Of a stretch of 64,000 bases of DNA, positions 1 through 15,519 are shown in pieces. Each line of letters starts with the position of its first letter. Position 1 is the first letter of the stretch. Source of the DNA: the human T2T-CHM13v2.0 reference genome, Homo sapiens. The stretch lies in NCBI RefSeq assembly GCF_009914755.1, contig NC_060942.1, one strand, 5' to 3'. The notes beneath the pieces are model-generated. The model did no database searches, was not told where the DNA came from, and saw nothing but the letters and a program-made list of their open reading frames with translations. The translations under genes and the position numbers were made by a program.

Positions 1-1059
1 GTAAAATAAAAAAGTCCTTTTAGCTGATGCATTAGCTTGCATATTGCAGCAGGGAAATTGCGCCCTAGGATTAGTGCCTAGAAGATATTTTACCTCTATA
101 TGTGTCCCCATTCTGAATTTCTTGCGTTTGTTCTTCAAGCATATTAATGCCTTTCTAAAGCTATTGAAAGAAATCTGTTGAGCCGCTTATGAAGACTCAC
201 AACAACGAGGCTTAAAATAGCTGCGCTTCTGGTCGCTTTATTACACCTAGACTCCTCCTCCACCATTGCTCGGAAAAGCAGGGATCCTACATGCAGTCTC
301 TGCAGAACGTCTGTCTGCTAAAGAAGGAATCGCTCCGAATAATCCAGTCAATGAAAAACGCTGAAGTCATGAGCAGTGAGATGTAGTGAGGAACCTTCAA
401 GTCCCGAGCCCTTTTGCTCCTGCTTCTGCCTTGAGGTCCTCAGCTCTGCATGCACGGTCGGTCCTAGGGCCCGGGGCAGCCCAGGTGAGGGGGCGGCTTC
501 CGGAGAACCTCTCCTCCAGCAGCACACGCTTCTCTTTGTTGACCTCCAAATCCAGATCGTTCCAATAGCACATCCTTGGTTTTTCCCGTTTGTTTTTTCA
601 AATTTGGACCTCAATTTAATCTCAGGCAGGTGGAAGTCATGGTCTCCCGGTCAAGACCTCCAGGAGACGCATCTGTCCCACAGGAGGTCCATCTGGGGGC
701 ACTCAACTTAAATGCAGGGGCCAGCAGCCATGTCCCCGTCCAGAGAAAAAGAAGGAAAGAAAGAAGCCACGTCCTGCAGAAGGGAGTTCAGAGTACAGCT
801 GAGGTCCCAACCCACATGAGAATCCCTGCAAATAAAACATTTCCATATTGTGGGGTTGAAAAACCTTATTATTTCACAGCTTTAGACTTGAGCAAATCCA
901 GTAGCCGGCAGAAGGTGGCTCAGAGCACAGGTGTCTGGGTCAAATTCTCGTTCCAGGTTTGACCGGCTTCAGAACTGCAAGTGGTCGCCAAATCTCCTCA
1001 TGAGGAAAATAGGGCTGCCCAAAGAGCTTCTGAAAACAAGAAATGATACTCATGAAACA

Positions 1060-1665
1060 CTCAACGTATTATACAAAGGTTCATAGCAGCACTAATCAAT
1101 GCAGCCAAAAGGTAGAAACAGCCCACATGTCCATCAATGGGTGAACGGATAAACAAAATGGGTTCAATTCACACGTTGGAATATTACTCAGCCATAAAAA
1201 AGGAATGAAGTTCTGACACGTGCTACAACTTGGATGAACCTTGAAAACATCCTGCCCAGTGAAATAAGCTGGTCCCCAAAGACCACATGTTGCACGATTC
1301 AATTTACATGATATATCCAGAATAGGCAAGTCCAGAGACACAAAGCAGATTGAGGATGATTGGGGAGTGACTGTTTCATTGATGTCAGGTGCTTTTATGG
1401 GGTGATGAAAAAGTTCTAGAAATAGATAGTGATGGTGCCATACAGCATCGAGCATGTACTAAATACCACTGAATTGTTCACTCTAAAATGGTTAATTTCT
1501 TTTAAGAGATAGGGTCTTGCTATGTTGCCCAAGCTAGCCTGAAACTCCTCAGCTGAAGCAATCCTCCTGCCTTAGCCTCCCGAAGCTTTGGGATTAGAGG
1601 CATGAGCCACCATGCCCAGCTAAAATGGTTAATTTTATGATAGGTGAATTTTACCTCCATTTAAA
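1060..1665 (+). mobile_element. Old L1 (L1MB-type) 3' end, interrupted by an Alu monomer
   Basis: Typical L1 3' motifs (cccacatgtccatcaatgggtgaacggataaacaaaatg; ggaatattactcagccataaaaaggaatgaag; aaaatggttaattttatg). Confidence 0.8.
1499..1620 (-). mobile_element. FLAM/AluJ left monomer
   Basis: Antisense Alu left-arm sequence flanked by direct repeat taaaatggttaattt (about 1484 and 1621). Confidence 0.85.
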
Positions 1666-3833
1666 GAAAATATTCAGTATACCCTCTGCTATTGTGCCCA
1701 GGAAATGCTGGTAACAGATGTTTCTGATTTCTGAGGAGCTTCAGTCCTTCCACGTCACTGCCAATGGGCTCTTCTCTACCTCCCCCCAGCAAAACATCAG
1801 TAGTGGAATCACAGTGAAAAACTACAGTATTGCCTATTTTTAAACCACTTCTCCATTAAATTCTCAGCTGCAAACATCACCCTACGTCTCAGTGTCTCAG
1901 ATTTACAACTGTAGCAAGCTTGGGTCTGGGCCCCTCTTGTGACATTCCCAGCCAGCTGGCTGTTCATATTCCTGGCATCTACCACCTTTGTTTCAGGCCC
2001 ACCCAACTGCCTGTCTCACGGTGTTATACTTCTTCCTACTGACTGCTCTGAGGGCCACTGTGTCTGCCTCCATTTCTCTTCTAACCACTCTGCACCCTTC
2101 TGTTGGACTAGCCTTCTGAACAGAGTGTCTCTTTTCACCTCCCTGTTCAGTAGTTGTCAAGGGATCGGTGGTGCTGTCCCTACAAACAGCCTCAGAGGCC
2201 ATCAGGTGAAACCACCTGTTGGCTCCTGTCTGAGCACCTGACATTCTCATGTGCTTTTCCCAGACAAGACTCATAGAATTTAGGATTTTGAGAACACAGA
2301 GAACTGGAATCAGACCCCTCATTCCATGAAAGTGCAAATGTGTCCTAGGGAAATGCTTTTGGTCGCAGGTGCTGGGTTCTGCCGTCACTGCTGTCTTGGG
2401 CTGTGCTGGAGGCCACTCCTTGGGTTGGAATGAGCTCCCCCTCATCCCCCTCATCCCCCTCATCCCCTGTTTCCTCAGCTGGGCCAGTGCCCTGGATCTC
2501 CTGCCCTTAGTTAGCTTCATTAAGCGTTTGCGTCAGTGCTAAGACTCCATCATAGATAAACTCTGGGGTGTCAGCTGCCATCGTGGCAGGGACGCTTTCC
2601 CAGAAGTTCAGGGGCTTCTAGCCCATCAACCTAATCTCTGAAACAATCCCACTCTCAGTGCAGAAAGATAAGCCACCAGAGTATCTCATTTTACGGAGAC
2701 ACCCCCTCCCCGCCTCCCAGGCTGACACAAATGCAAGCAAACCAGCCACCCCCCAGCCCCCTCTGGGCCGTTTCCTCTGCCCCTTGCCCACCATGCCCTC
2801 TTACAATGGGGTCTCCCCTACGATGGCCACTGCAGTGAATCCCTCTATTCCCCAAAGTCCATGTGACTCCTTTGCAAGGGAGACGGGAACCTTGAATGTA
2901 TTCCTCATTTTAGTTTGATTCACCCACTGTGTGCAATGAAATGTCTTGGCTGGAAAGCGGTAGAAGTTAAAGGTCCTGTTTTAAATCTTGCTGGGAATGT
3001 TATCAGGTGCTCACTAAAGATGTCCACCAGTGATGATGCTTCCCTGTGCTTTTCTGTATGTGTTTATCTCCTTGTCTATAAAATGGAAAGGGTCGTTTAT
3101 TCTCCTAGATGTTTTGAAGATTAACTAAATGAAGCCTGCAAGGAGCATAGCCAGGCAACACAAAAGACAGGTATTACTACGATTTTCCCACAGAGGTTCG
3201 CCGTCTCCCCTGCAAAGCCACTTAGGTAAACAGGAAATGTATTGCAAGACAAAAATGACTCCATGCGTCTCTGGAGGTAACCCTGGGGGATTACAGCCTG
3301 GCTGCCCTGGGCCCTGTGTTAAAATCCCGGCCAAGGATAAGAAGAAACCACCACGACAGTGGGAGCTAGGATCTTCAGATTCCAGAGCCAGATACTTTCC
3401 ATCAAAGAGAGATAAGGCTTTCTCACTGGGAATCAAGGAAACAGAAAGCAATTGCTTCAGAACCGCTATTGCTCACGAGCAGCACAGGCCACCTAGAACA
3501 CACAGACCAGTAATGCTGAGCTTTGAAATCCGGCTGACCAAACAGAAATAACGATCATAGAGAGAAAGAGTCTGCATGCACCTCCGTGTCTGACTTGGTA
3601 GCTCCAGAACATAACGGCGGCCAAATTAAAATGCTTGGGCGCTCCATCCCCTGATTTAATGATTTAAAGGGCAGTGAAATAGTTCGTGATCATTTTTAAA
3701 ATTTGATCTCTGCCCCAGGAATGAAAATATTCTTTCCCATCAAGATGGTGAAATAAACACAAAAGAAAGATGCAGCCTGTTTGGGAGCAAAATGTGGGAA
3801 AGATATTATCAGATCCAAAACCCTACCTGTGCA

Positions 3834-4137
3834 TTTTTTTTTTTTTGAGACGGAGTCTCACTCTGTTGCCCAGGCTGGAGTGCAGTGGCATGATCTCAGG
3901 TCACGCAACCTCCGCCTCCCGAATTCAAGCGATTCTCCTACCTCAGCCTCCTGAGTAGCTGGGACTACATAAGCGTGCCACCATGCCTGGTTAATTTTTG
4001 TATTTTTTTTTTTTTTTTTGGTAGAGACAGGGTTTCACCATATTGGACAGGCTGGTCCCAAACTCCTGACCTCATGATCCACCCACCTCGGCCTCCCAAA
4101 GTGCTAGGATTACAGGTGTGAGCCACTGCAACTGGCC
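3834..4137 (-). mobile_element. AluS-type element
   Basis: Full antisense Alu dimer; TSD acctgtgcattttt at 3825-3838 and 4140-4153. Confidence 0.95.
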
Positions 4138-4651
4138 CCACCTGTGCATTTTTGCCAAGACTTGGCTTTTCAAAAAACAGAGACTTATTCTTAGTGCATT
4201 TCCTCTTTCCTGACCACAGACCACACTCCTGCCATCTTCCCTCCAAAACTTCCCAGTGCCAGGGCCCTTATGCAAGGGATTTCTGCTTTAGAGAAGATAA
4301 TTTCTTTAGAAAAGAGGTGTCCTGCTTGATGAAATCTTGTCTGTTCGTACTTCTCAACTTGATCTTGTCTTTTAATATGTTTCTCCTTTTAGTGAAGAAA
4401 TAGCAAGAAGCAATTATTGAAGCAGGTGTTTTTATGGGATGCATTTAATGAAGAAAATAATTAACATTGTTAAATCGTTTATTGTTTTTACTAAAACTTG
4501 CGAACACTTAACGTGATATTTGCTACAAGCCAGAAACTCTTCTGTGTGTTTATATAAATATATTGCGATGTTTAATCCTCACTGCTGAGAGATGAGGAAA
4601 CTGAGGCACAGAAGGGCTACGGATTTGCCCACAGTCATAAAGCTTGTAGGG

Positions 4652-4877
4652 CAAACTTGTCCAGCCCATGGGCTGCAGGCCATTTGTGGCCCGGGAGGGC
4701 TTTGAATGCAGCCCAGCACAAATTTGTAAACTTTCTTAAAACATTATGGTTTTTTTGTGATTTTCTTTTTTTTTAGCTCATCAGCTATCGTTAGTGTTAG
4801 TGTATTTTACACGTGGTCCAAGACAATTCTTCTTCTTCCAATGTGGCCCAGGGAAGCCAAAAGTTTGAACACCCCTG
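4652..4877. mobile_element. MER30 (hAT-Charlie MITE) inserted in a MIR
   Basis: Matches recalled MER30 (tttgaatgcagcccagcacaaatttgtaaactttcttaaaacattatg...ggaagccaaaagtttgaacacccctg); near 8-bp TSD ttgtaggg/ttgtagag; MIR core (gatgaggaaactgaggcacaga) on the left. Confidence 0.8.
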
Positions 4878-4977
4878 TTGTAGAGAGTGGAGCCAGAATA
4901 AAACCCAGGCAGCTGACTCCCAAGTCCTTGCTGTTATAGACAGGACCACGTCATAGAAAGCTTGAGTTTTTTTCGGT

Positions 4978-5835
4978 TTTTATCCAAAAGACAGGCTCCA
5001 AAAGACAGGCGATAACACATGCGGTGAAGATGTGGAGAACCCTCTACGCTGCTGGCAGAAATGCAAATTTGTACAACCACTATGGAGAAAAGTTTGAAAA
5101 TTCCTCAAAAAACAAATAAAGCTACCATGTGATCCAGCAAACTCACTACTCGGTATACACCCAAAAGAAAGGAAGTCAGTCTATCAGAGAGAGATGTGCA
5201 CTCCCATGTTTGTGGCAGCGCTATTCACTATAGCTAGAATTTGGAAGCAACCTAAGTGTCCATCAACAGATGAATGGATAAAGAAAAGATGGTACATATA
5301 CACAATGGGGTACATATACACAATAGAGTACTATTCAGCCATGAAAAACAGTGAGATCCAGTTATTTGCAACAACATGGGTGAAACTGGAGGGCATTATG
5401 TTAAGTGAAATAAGCCAGGCACAGAAAGACATATATCACTCGTTCTCACTTATTTGTGGGATCTAAAAATCAAAACAGTTGAACTGATGGATATATAGAG
5501 TAGAAGGACGGTTACCAGAAGCTGGGAAGGGTAGTCAGGGGATGGGGGTAGGGGGAAGTAGGGATGGTTAGTGGGTACAAAAAATAAAAAGAATTGATAA
5601 AACAGTATGTTATAGCACAACAAAGGGACTATAGTCAAGAATAACAATTGTATATTTTAAAATAACTAAAATAGTGTAATAGGATTGTAACACAAAAGAT
5701 AAGTGCTTGAGGTGACGGATACCCCATTTACCCTGACGTGATTATTATCCATTGCATACCTGTATCAAAATCTCTCATGTACCCTATAAATATATACACC
5801 TCCTATGTCCCCACAAAAATTAAAAATTAAAAAGA
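4978..5835 (+). mobile_element. L1MA-type 3' end
   Basis: ORF2 C-terminal remnant (CTPMFVAALFTIARIWKQPKCPSTDEWIKK), L1MA-like 3'UTR and A-rich tail. Confidence 0.9.
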
Positions 5836-6522
5836 AAGTGTGGACATTTTTTAAAAAGAAAGAAAACAAACTATAATCCCGTAAAATCCTTTCACAGACA
5901 TCCTTCTTTTTCACATTTACATGCTTTACAGAATTAAAATAATAATACATATTCACTTTTAGCTCCTAAATCCTTTGTGTTACCATGTACGTCTCATGTG
6001 TTTTATCATAACCGTTGCAGACTCACCTAATAGTGACTCCCAATTTGCCTGGCTCCTCCCCTTTTGTGGGACATTGAGCTTGCTCCAATTTTTCACCAAA
6101 AATAAGAATTCTTCAGTGAGCATCTTTACGTTGTATATTTTCTCATTATTTCTTTAGGATAAATCTAACAAATTATCAATAGCCATAAGCAAATCTAAAA
6201 GGTGTCATTAAAACCCAGTAGTTTTAAAGGAAAATTCTATAAAACCAAGGAACAAGTAATAATTCCTAGGGTATACTCCCAGAACACAACATTCACTTTA
6301 CAAGGACATGTTCGTCCTCATGCTAAAAAGACTAAACTAACCTTTAAACTGAAAAGATTAAAACAAACAGAAATACAAAGAGAGAGAGAGACACTTTGGA
6401 CCAATATCACTTGTGAAAATTAATGCAAAAATTTAATTTAACAATATTAGCCAAATGAAATGTATTAAAAAATACACCACAAGCAAGCAGGTCTTATTCT
6501 AGAAAAGCAAAAGTAATTTCCT

Positions 6523-6844
<322 letters not shown>

Positions 6845-7348
6845 CTAAAGAAGACAAATGTTGGGATCATTTAGATAGACATTAAAATCACAATTAAAAA
6901 TTCAACAGCCTTTCCTGATGAAGAGCCTTATTAATAAAAATTAGAAGGAAATTTTGTAGAAAGTGATTGAAGACTTGAAAGAGAAACAGGCAACACTGCC
7001 TACTGTATTATCTTTATCCATTTTGGAGATTCAATTATTACTGTAAGAAAAAATAATATGAAAATACTGAAAGGTAAAAGCTAATGTTATCTCTATGAAT
7101 AGATGATATGATTATAAACTTAGAAAAGTCCAAACTTAACCAAAAAAAAGTATTAAGTGTTCAAAAAAGTTGCTAATGTATAAAAATCACATTTTCTTTT
7201 TGCATGCATATGGACTTATAAAATTTTATTTTCTATATGTAATTATTAACAACAGCAATATGGACTGTATCACACCCAATTTAACACAGTGAGAAATGTA
7301 TATGCATTAAACGAAATGATTATATTAAAAATTAAAAAGTGAAAGTGT

Positions 7349-7742
<394 letters not shown>

Positions 7743-8625
7743 CTAATGGATAGGCAGACCAGGGATTTTGGAACAAAATATAAAGGACAGAAATAAATCC
7801 ATGCCCATTTTGGAATTTTATAAATGTATGGTAAAGATGATATTTCAAATCAAAGGGGCCAACCTCAATTATACAACAAATATTAGTGAGACATTGGATG
7901 ATCTTTAGGAAGCAAAAGCTGGCTCTTGCCTTGTAAATTATGAATGGAATAAAGGTACTTAGGTCAGAAAATAAAAATACAAACTAGAGAGAATTCTTTA
8001 ATTTTGGGAGTGGAGAAGGTTTTATTGTAGTTGTCTTACCATAACACCAAGACCTCTCACCCCACCCCACCCCCTCAAAAAGAAAATAAATGATTTGGCC
8101 AAAGATATCATACATGGCAAATGGAGGAAATATGTGTAACTTACCCAAAAGATAAACCGTTATCCTCTCTAATGTAGAAAGGTGAAAATGTCTACAAGGA
8201 AAAGTCAACCTAAGGAAGAACTATACAAAACATGTGAACAATCAATCCCTAGAAATAGACAGGCAAGTGGCCAACATATGTATGAAAGGGGCTGAGCTTT
8301 AACAATAATTAAATAAATACAAAGTAGAAGAACTAGATGATAATTTTCACCTGTCAGATGGGTAAAGACTAAAGTATTCATATTCCTTTTTTGGTGAAGA
8401 TATGAATGAATAGGCACATCTTATGTGACACCACATTTTCTGGAGGAAAATGAACAATATCAAAATTTTAAATATACATACTTTTGGACATGGTAATTCT
8501 ATAAGAATTTATGTTTAAAAACACAACACAGGCATTTAGTCTATTTTCAATATATATGTGTATAATGAATTTTTTACAGAATTTTAAAATAGTGAACATT
8601 GTGTTCATCAAAAAGAGGTTGGATA

Positions 8626-8964
<339 letters not shown>

Positions 8965-9160
8965 TTATGCTCTTGCTAATAAAAATGAGATGGATTTTTG
9001 CTTTATGACATGTACAAATGATCACAACATATTTTTAAGTGACAGGACAGTTATGAACCTTTTTATTGTTAAAGTAATGCATTTCTAATTATCATACGTA
9101 CTGTTATATACTATTATACACGCTCACACTATAAACAATTATACATACCTATATGGGTAC

Positions 9161-9162
<2 letters not shown>

Positions 9163-9191
<29 letters not shown>
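9163..9191. repeat. (CA)n microsatellite
   Basis: Direct reading. Confidence 0.95.
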
Positions 9192-9192
<1 letters not shown>

Positions 9193-9215
9193 CTTTCTAT
9201 CTCCAAATCTGGGAG

Positions 9216-10882
9216 TGTGTCCGGAATTGGTGGGTTCTTGGTCTCACTGACTTCAAGAATGAAGCCGCGGACGCTCGCGGTGAGTGTTACAGCTCTTAAC
9301 GTGGCGCGTCTGGAGTTTGTTCCTTCTGATGTTCGGATGTGTTGGGAGTTTCTTTCTTCTTGTGGGTTCGTGGTCTCGCTGGCTCAGGAGTGAAGCTGGA
9401 GACCTTCGCGGTGAGTGTTACAGCTCTTAAGGCAGCATGTCTGGAGTTGTTCGTTCCTCCTGGGGGGCTCGTGGTCTCGCTGGCTTCAGGAGTGAAGCTG
9501 CAGATCTTCGCGGTGAGTGTTACAGCTCATAAAAGCAGTGTGGACCCAAAGAGTGAGCAGTAGCAAGATTTATTGCAAAGCGCGAAAGAACAAAGCTTCC
9601 ACAGTGTGGAAGGGGACCCGAGCGGGTTGCCACTGTTGGCTCGGGCAGTCTGCTTTTATTCTCTTATCTGGCCCCACGCACATCCTGCTGATTGGTAGAG
9701 CCCAGTGGTCTGTTTTGACAGGGCGCTGATTGGTGCGTTTACAATCCCTGAGCTAGATATAAAGGTTCTCCACGTCCCCATCAGGTTAGTTAGATACAGA
9801 GTATGGACACAAAGGTTCTCCAAGGCCCCACCAGAGTAGCTAGATACAGAGTGTCAATTGGTGCATTCACAAACCTTGAGCTAAACGCAGGGTGCTGATT
9901 GGTGTGTTTACAAACCTTGAGTTAGACACAGAGTGCCGATTGGTGTATTTACAATCCCTGAGCTAGACATAAAGGTTCTCCAAGGACCCACCAGAGTAGC
10001 TAGATATAGAGTGTCAATTGGTGTATTTATAATCTCTGAGCTAGACACAGGGTGCTGATTGGTGTATTTACAATCCCTGAGCTAGACATAAAGGTTCACC
10101 ATGTCCTCACCGGAGCAGCTAGATACAGAGTGTCGATTGGTGCACTCACAAACCTTGAGCTAAACACAGGGTGCTGATTGGTGTGTTTACAATCCCTGGG
10201 CTAGACATAAAGACTCTCCACGTCCCCACCAGACTCAGGAGCCCAGCTGGCTTCACCTAGTGGATCCCGCACCGGGGCTGCAGGTGGAGCTGCCTGCCAG
10301 TCCCACGCTGTGCGCTCACACTCCTCAGCCCTTGGGTGGTCGATGGGACTGGGCCCCGTGGAGCAGGGGGTGGTGCTCGTCGGGGAGGCTCGGGCCGCAC
10401 AGGAGCCCATGGAGGCGGGGGAAGGCTCAGGCATGGCGGGCTGCAGTCCCGAGGCCTGCCCTGTGGGAAGGCAGCTAAGGCCCGGCGAGAAATGGAGCGC
10501 AGCGCCAGTGGGCTGGCACTGCTGGGGGACCCAGTACACCCTCCGCAGCGACTGGCCCGGGTGCTAAGTCCCCCATTGCCCGGGGCCAGCAGGGCTGGCC
10601 GGCTGCTCCGAGTTAGGGGCCCGCCAAGCCCACGCCCACCCGGAACTCCAGCTGGCCCGCAAGCGCCGCACTCAGCCCCGGTTCCCGCTCGCGCCTCTCC
10701 CTCCACACCTCCCTGCAAGCTGATGGAGTGGGCTCCAGCCTTGGTCAGCCCAGAAAGGGGCTCCCACAGTGCAGTGGTGGGCTGAAGGGCTCCTCAAATG
10801 CCGCCAAAGTGGGAGCCCAGGCAGAGGAGGCGCCGAGAGCGAGCGAGGGCTGTGAGGACTGCCAGCACGCTGTCACCTCTCA
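9216..10882 (-). mobile_element. Solo LTR12C-type (ERV9) LTR, full length
   Basis: Minus strand begins TGAGAGGTGACAGCGTGCTGGCAG and ends CCGGACACA (TG...CA); 4-bp TSD ggag at 9212-9215 and 10883-10886; tandem CCAAT-containing repeats at about 9680-10210. Confidence 0.95.
9640..10210 (-). promoter_or_regulatory. ERV9 LTR promoter/enhancer: tandem CCAAT (NF-Y) repeats, GATA site, AATAAAA TATA-like box
   Basis: Repeated (g)attgg on +; minus strand reads AGATAAGAGAATAAAAGC at about 9652-9669. This matches known LTR12 architecture; activity at this locus is not shown. Confidence 0.65.
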
Positions 10883-11020
10883 GGAGGACATAGCAAAACA
10901 CTCATAACCATGAGTCTATGGGAATTTTGGAAATTTTTACTCTCGTTTTTATTCTTTTGTGTTGTTTCAATTATTTACAAGTAGATATTCCTTTTGTAAT
11001 GATATATATAAAACAGTTTA

Positions 11021-11327
<307 letters not shown>

Positions 11328-12147
11328 GATGAAGATGAAAAGGTCAAAGGATCTAACATGTTTCTATAGCATTAGATGGATAGCACCAAACTACTTCCCA
11401 ACATGTGGAGCTGGTTTGCCCTGCCCGAGTTCCCTGTTGACTGTATCTTTTCATTCTCTTATGAAAACTGATCTCCGTGAATGGGACTCTAAGAAAATTG
11501 CAGTGCAGCTCCTTTGTAGACAGGGTGCATCTATCCATGAGTGAGTTACTCAAAATTCTTTCTCCTCCTTTTTTGCCGTCTACTGAAATGCGTGTCTTGG
11601 ATGCTGCTGGTTACCCTCTAACCCAAAGCATATTCATGGGAATAAAATCCAACAGCAACCAAAGTGAAATTCCAGCCTGTCCATTTTGCTCTTTATTTAA
11701 ACTACGCATAATCAGGGACAGAGAGAGTTGAGCTGCACGGCTTACACTGGGCCGGGGGAGTCTGAAAGTGCAGGGGGTCTCAGCTATCCGTAGAGCACCC
11801 TGCAGAGCTTCCCCGTCCCCCGTGCCCAGCCTGCTTGGCCCCCAACCCCACGCATCCGGCAAACTGGCTCCTCCTTTCTCGTGACCATATAATTTATTTG
11901 TTCTTCACGTCCATTGCTTATGGTCTGTGGCCTCCTGATAGAATGTAGGCCCCACAGGAGCAGGGATGTTTGTTTTGATCAATGACATCATCCAAGGGAC
12001 CAGAGCCGTGTGTGGCACCTTGTGGGTGCTTGCTAGGTCACCTTCGGATGAATGAACAGCTGCTCTTCTCCCAATGGTAAAGTGACTGATGTCCAGCAGT
12101 CCCTTCCCAATGGCCATTCATAATTCAACAAGTTAATGTAAAACTTT

Positions 12148-12447
12148 TGCCGGGCACGGTGGCTCATGCCTGTAATCCCAGCACTTTGGGAGGCCGAGGC
12201 GGGTGGATCACAAGGTCAGGAGATCGAGACCATCCTGGCTAACACGGTGAAACCCCATCTCTACTAAAAATACAAAAAATTAGTCAAGCGTGGTGGTGGG
12301 CACCTGTAGTCCCAGCTACTCGGGAGACTGAGGCAGGAGAATGGCGTGAACCGGGAGGCAGATGTTGCAGTGAGCCGAGATCGCGTCACTGCACTCCAGC
12401 CTGGCTGACAGAGCAAGACTCCTCCCCTCCACCAAAAGAAAAAAAAA
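12148..12447 (+). mobile_element. AluY
   Basis: AluY diagnostics; TSD aaaactttt. Confidence 0.92.
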
Positions 12448-13161
12448 ACTTTTAACAGATGGCAGATCTTGAGGATAAGGTATCAAGTTGAAAAGACTGG
12501 TATCTTTCTTTGCTCACAGTTTAGATTCCTGGAATCTCGAGACTGGGAGGCCATGGAACCCAAACACAGATCAAAGGCTTGACTGTGCCTATAACACTCT
12601 GTTAAGTACTTGGCTGGCCTGTACTTAATCAAGTGCAGGGACAGAAGACTCTCCAGGCCGTAAAAAACATTTCTCAATTTAAAAGTCTTTCTCTTTTTTG
12701 CTTTTGAAAATTTGAACTTAACATTAGTCCCAAACTTACCTGGCTGTGGTCCCATTTATGAAGTAACTCTGCTTCCCCAGCCCCCAGCCCAGAGCCTTAT
12801 GAGTCAAATTCCCTTCCTCTGTGGTGGGATGAATTTGCCATCATGGTGCCTCTGAAACCTTTCCCTCCCCAGCTTAGTTCCATTCAGTCCTTCATGGTGT
12901 GCTGTGTGTTTGCATTTCTAGATCTTCCAGAATCTCTGCTGTTCACTTTTGGAGAGTCCAGTTAGCCTGTGAAAATGTCGTCCCTAGGGGTGAGAGGACT
13001 CTGGGCGGGTCTCTCCAGTGCCGAGGGAGACACCAGCCTCCGGCTTTCAATAAATGTAGCCACAGATTACATTTGTGTTTTACAGTTTTGTTTGACTGTT
13101 TATGAGTAATTTCATAATACTCTTTACTGATTTTAAAGTGAAAAATAAACTTTTATCACAA

Positions 13162-13502
13162 TACAGATTCTCCTTGACTGATGGGGTTACATCCCAAGAA
13201 ACACATTATAAATTGAAAATACAGTAAGTCAACAATGCATTTACTATTCCTAACGTACCGAACATCGTAGCTGAGCCGAGCCTACCTTACGCGTGCTCAG
13301 GACATTCACACTAGCCTACAGCTGGGCAAAGGCTCTAACACAAAGCCTGTCTTATAATAAAGTGGTGAATATCTCATGAAATTGATTGACTGTACTCAGT
13401 GAAAAACGGAATGGTCCTATGGGTGCTCGAAGTAGAGACTGCTGAATAGGTTCCACTTTCACACCATCATCAAATGGAAAAATCCTAATCAAACCATTGT
13501 CA
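13162..13502. mobile_element. MER47-type Tigger DNA transposon fossil
   Basis: Matches recalled MER47A (gatggggttacatccc...ccgaacatcgtagc...gcctacagctgggcaaa...ataataaagtggtgaatatctcatg). Confidence 0.7.
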
Positions 13503-15194
13503 CAGGAATGACGCCTGGCTGACAGGCCTTTTGTGCTAACCATTCAGAGTTAGAGAAAATTAAAGAGAGTGTCCAGACATGGAGAATATCTTTGACCTAG
13601 ATATTCGAAGAAGAAAACTAACTTATGGGCCGGGAAATTTTTGAGGACTTCAAAGGTGGTGGGTGACATGAGGAGGCACAGCGTGAGTGCCGGGGTGGCA
13701 ATCCCAGGCTCTGGCCCATGCTCCTGCTCAGGAGGAGGGCTCCTGGGTCCCATTTGCTTATCTCCAAAATTGGGTTAACTAGATACGGTAATATCATTGA
13801 AGGACTTAGTTTATAAGTTTTCCAATTTATTGAACAATGCCTGTTCAATAAATGATGATGATCATGATTTCATTTGATTTAAACAATAGTTTGAGATAGG
13901 CAGGAGTGATACTAAAAATATTTAACAATCCACTGGGTATCAACCAACTAGCATGGACGAGGGATACGGTTGCAGCAGCCAGCTACACCCAGTAAATATT
14001 AACTGGTCTTGGAAATAGGTATTACTGCTGTTTTCCAAACAGAGAAACAGACACAGTTAATTGCCCCCAAATAAATTACTATGCATTTGAAATATGAGGA
14101 CAGCTTGAGAGATTCAGAGAGATGAAATGTCTTTTACTGCCCTGCGCGTTGGGCGTTTGGGTTGGAATACTGCATAGAATATCTTCTGCTTCCAATGCAC
14201 CTATCTTCTAATCTTTTAAAAGCTTCAGTGTGAAGTCTGTTTCATAACAGGCTCTGAGAAGCAGCATCCCATTTTCAAAATGGATACGTGCCTTGTGATC
14301 TCCAGCAACATTACATAATGAAATAATATCTGACCCTCTATATTGTCACCATTGACATGATATTTCAGCAGGGTGGGACCCAGCTGCCGTTTAGATCCAG
14401 CAAGAAAGGAAATGAAAACGATGCCGATACGGGGGTTTAATAAATGCATTCCTGTCCCCGCGCTCGTCTCATGGAGAATGACCCAGAGTTAATGCATGTA
14501 TTGTGCATCCATGAATGTTTCAGGATAAATATTTAAACTACAGCTTGAATCACACAGGCTGGTGTTAAATTAAAGTCATTAGCTTCAGGGACTCTATTTC
14601 GGAAATGCACCGAGTCCATAAGTCACACTGTAATTCCAGTGATTTATACTGAACATACACCTATGCCTTTTTTTATTTAAATGCACAAAATGTGCTAAGC
14701 CCCGAGGCGTTTGCACTGAGATACATTTCCCATGTATGATATGCATGCCCTGCTACATAAGAATTAACTGCCCTCTTCCCAGCTACGTTATGGTGTTACT
14801 GATGGGACAGGCTGTGATATTCCTGTGTAATTTCCATTCATATTGTATTAAAATGTCCAAGATGCATTTTATGTCAAAGAAAGCATCATTTAATAAAATT
14901 ATTCACTATTACCCCATATAGAGATGTCAGACATTACTAATATAATCCTGAAATGATTGCACAGAAGTATCTTTAGGCTGAGAGGCACAGTCCCTGTGCT
15001 GTAGTAGAAGTGGTTTGTTCACTCTATCCTCAGGTAACCGGTCCGAGTCTTGTTTGTTTTTACTCCATGTTTATATGGTGTCATCCCCACTGACAGACTT
15101 CTTTTTCCCTTATTTTCTCCTCTTAGTGATTCCACAGGCATAGAAATTGAAAAACATAACAAACAAGATGCCTTATTTCCTTGATTTTGTAACA

Positions 15195-15335
15195 CTGTGA
15201 GTAATTTTCAGCTTCGGGATGCATAGAGAGCTTGTAAAAACATGCATTCCTGGGACCCCGCCTTAATGATTCAAAGTTAGAAGATCTAAGGAGGAGCCTA
15301 GGAGTCTGCATTTTCGACAAGCTTCCCAATATCTT
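15195..15335. mobile_element. MER5-type hAT fragment
   Basis: gcattcctgggacccc...gagcctaggagtctgcattttcgacaagcttccc. Confidence 0.55.
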
Positions 15336-15519
15336 TTTTAAACCTATGTACTGTGTAGGTCATGCTTTAAGAAGTATTGCTAAGTACATTAACACTACTT
15401 TCATAACTAGATTCAGTGTAAATTTCCGTTCCATTTTAAAGACGCCGCTAAGTCAAACAAGTCATATGAGTTTCACTGTCTTCTAATCTGTCACTGTTCA
15501 GCCTTCCCTCCTGCCCTTC

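Noticed and set aside
348-962. Overlapping ORFs of 60-128 aa
   Set aside because: No recognisable protein family, mostly non-ATG starts, several overlapping frames. At most part of a non-coding exon.
2437-2468. (CCCCTCATC)x3 and similar tiny tandem duplications (5311, 19967, 26096, 62854)
   Set aside because: Ordinary slippage products with no sign of function.
9690-10210. Regularly spaced repeats resembling a CRISPR array
   Set aside because: They are the known LTR12 tandem CCAAT repeats; no unique spacers, no cas genes, primate DNA.
10201-10785. GC-rich ORFs and apparent CpG island
   Set aside because: Belong to the U3 region of the LTR12 element.
12733-12750. acttacctgg resembling the U1 snRNA 5' end
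   Set aside because: Match ends after about 10 nt; at most a minus-strand donor-like motif with no supported exon.
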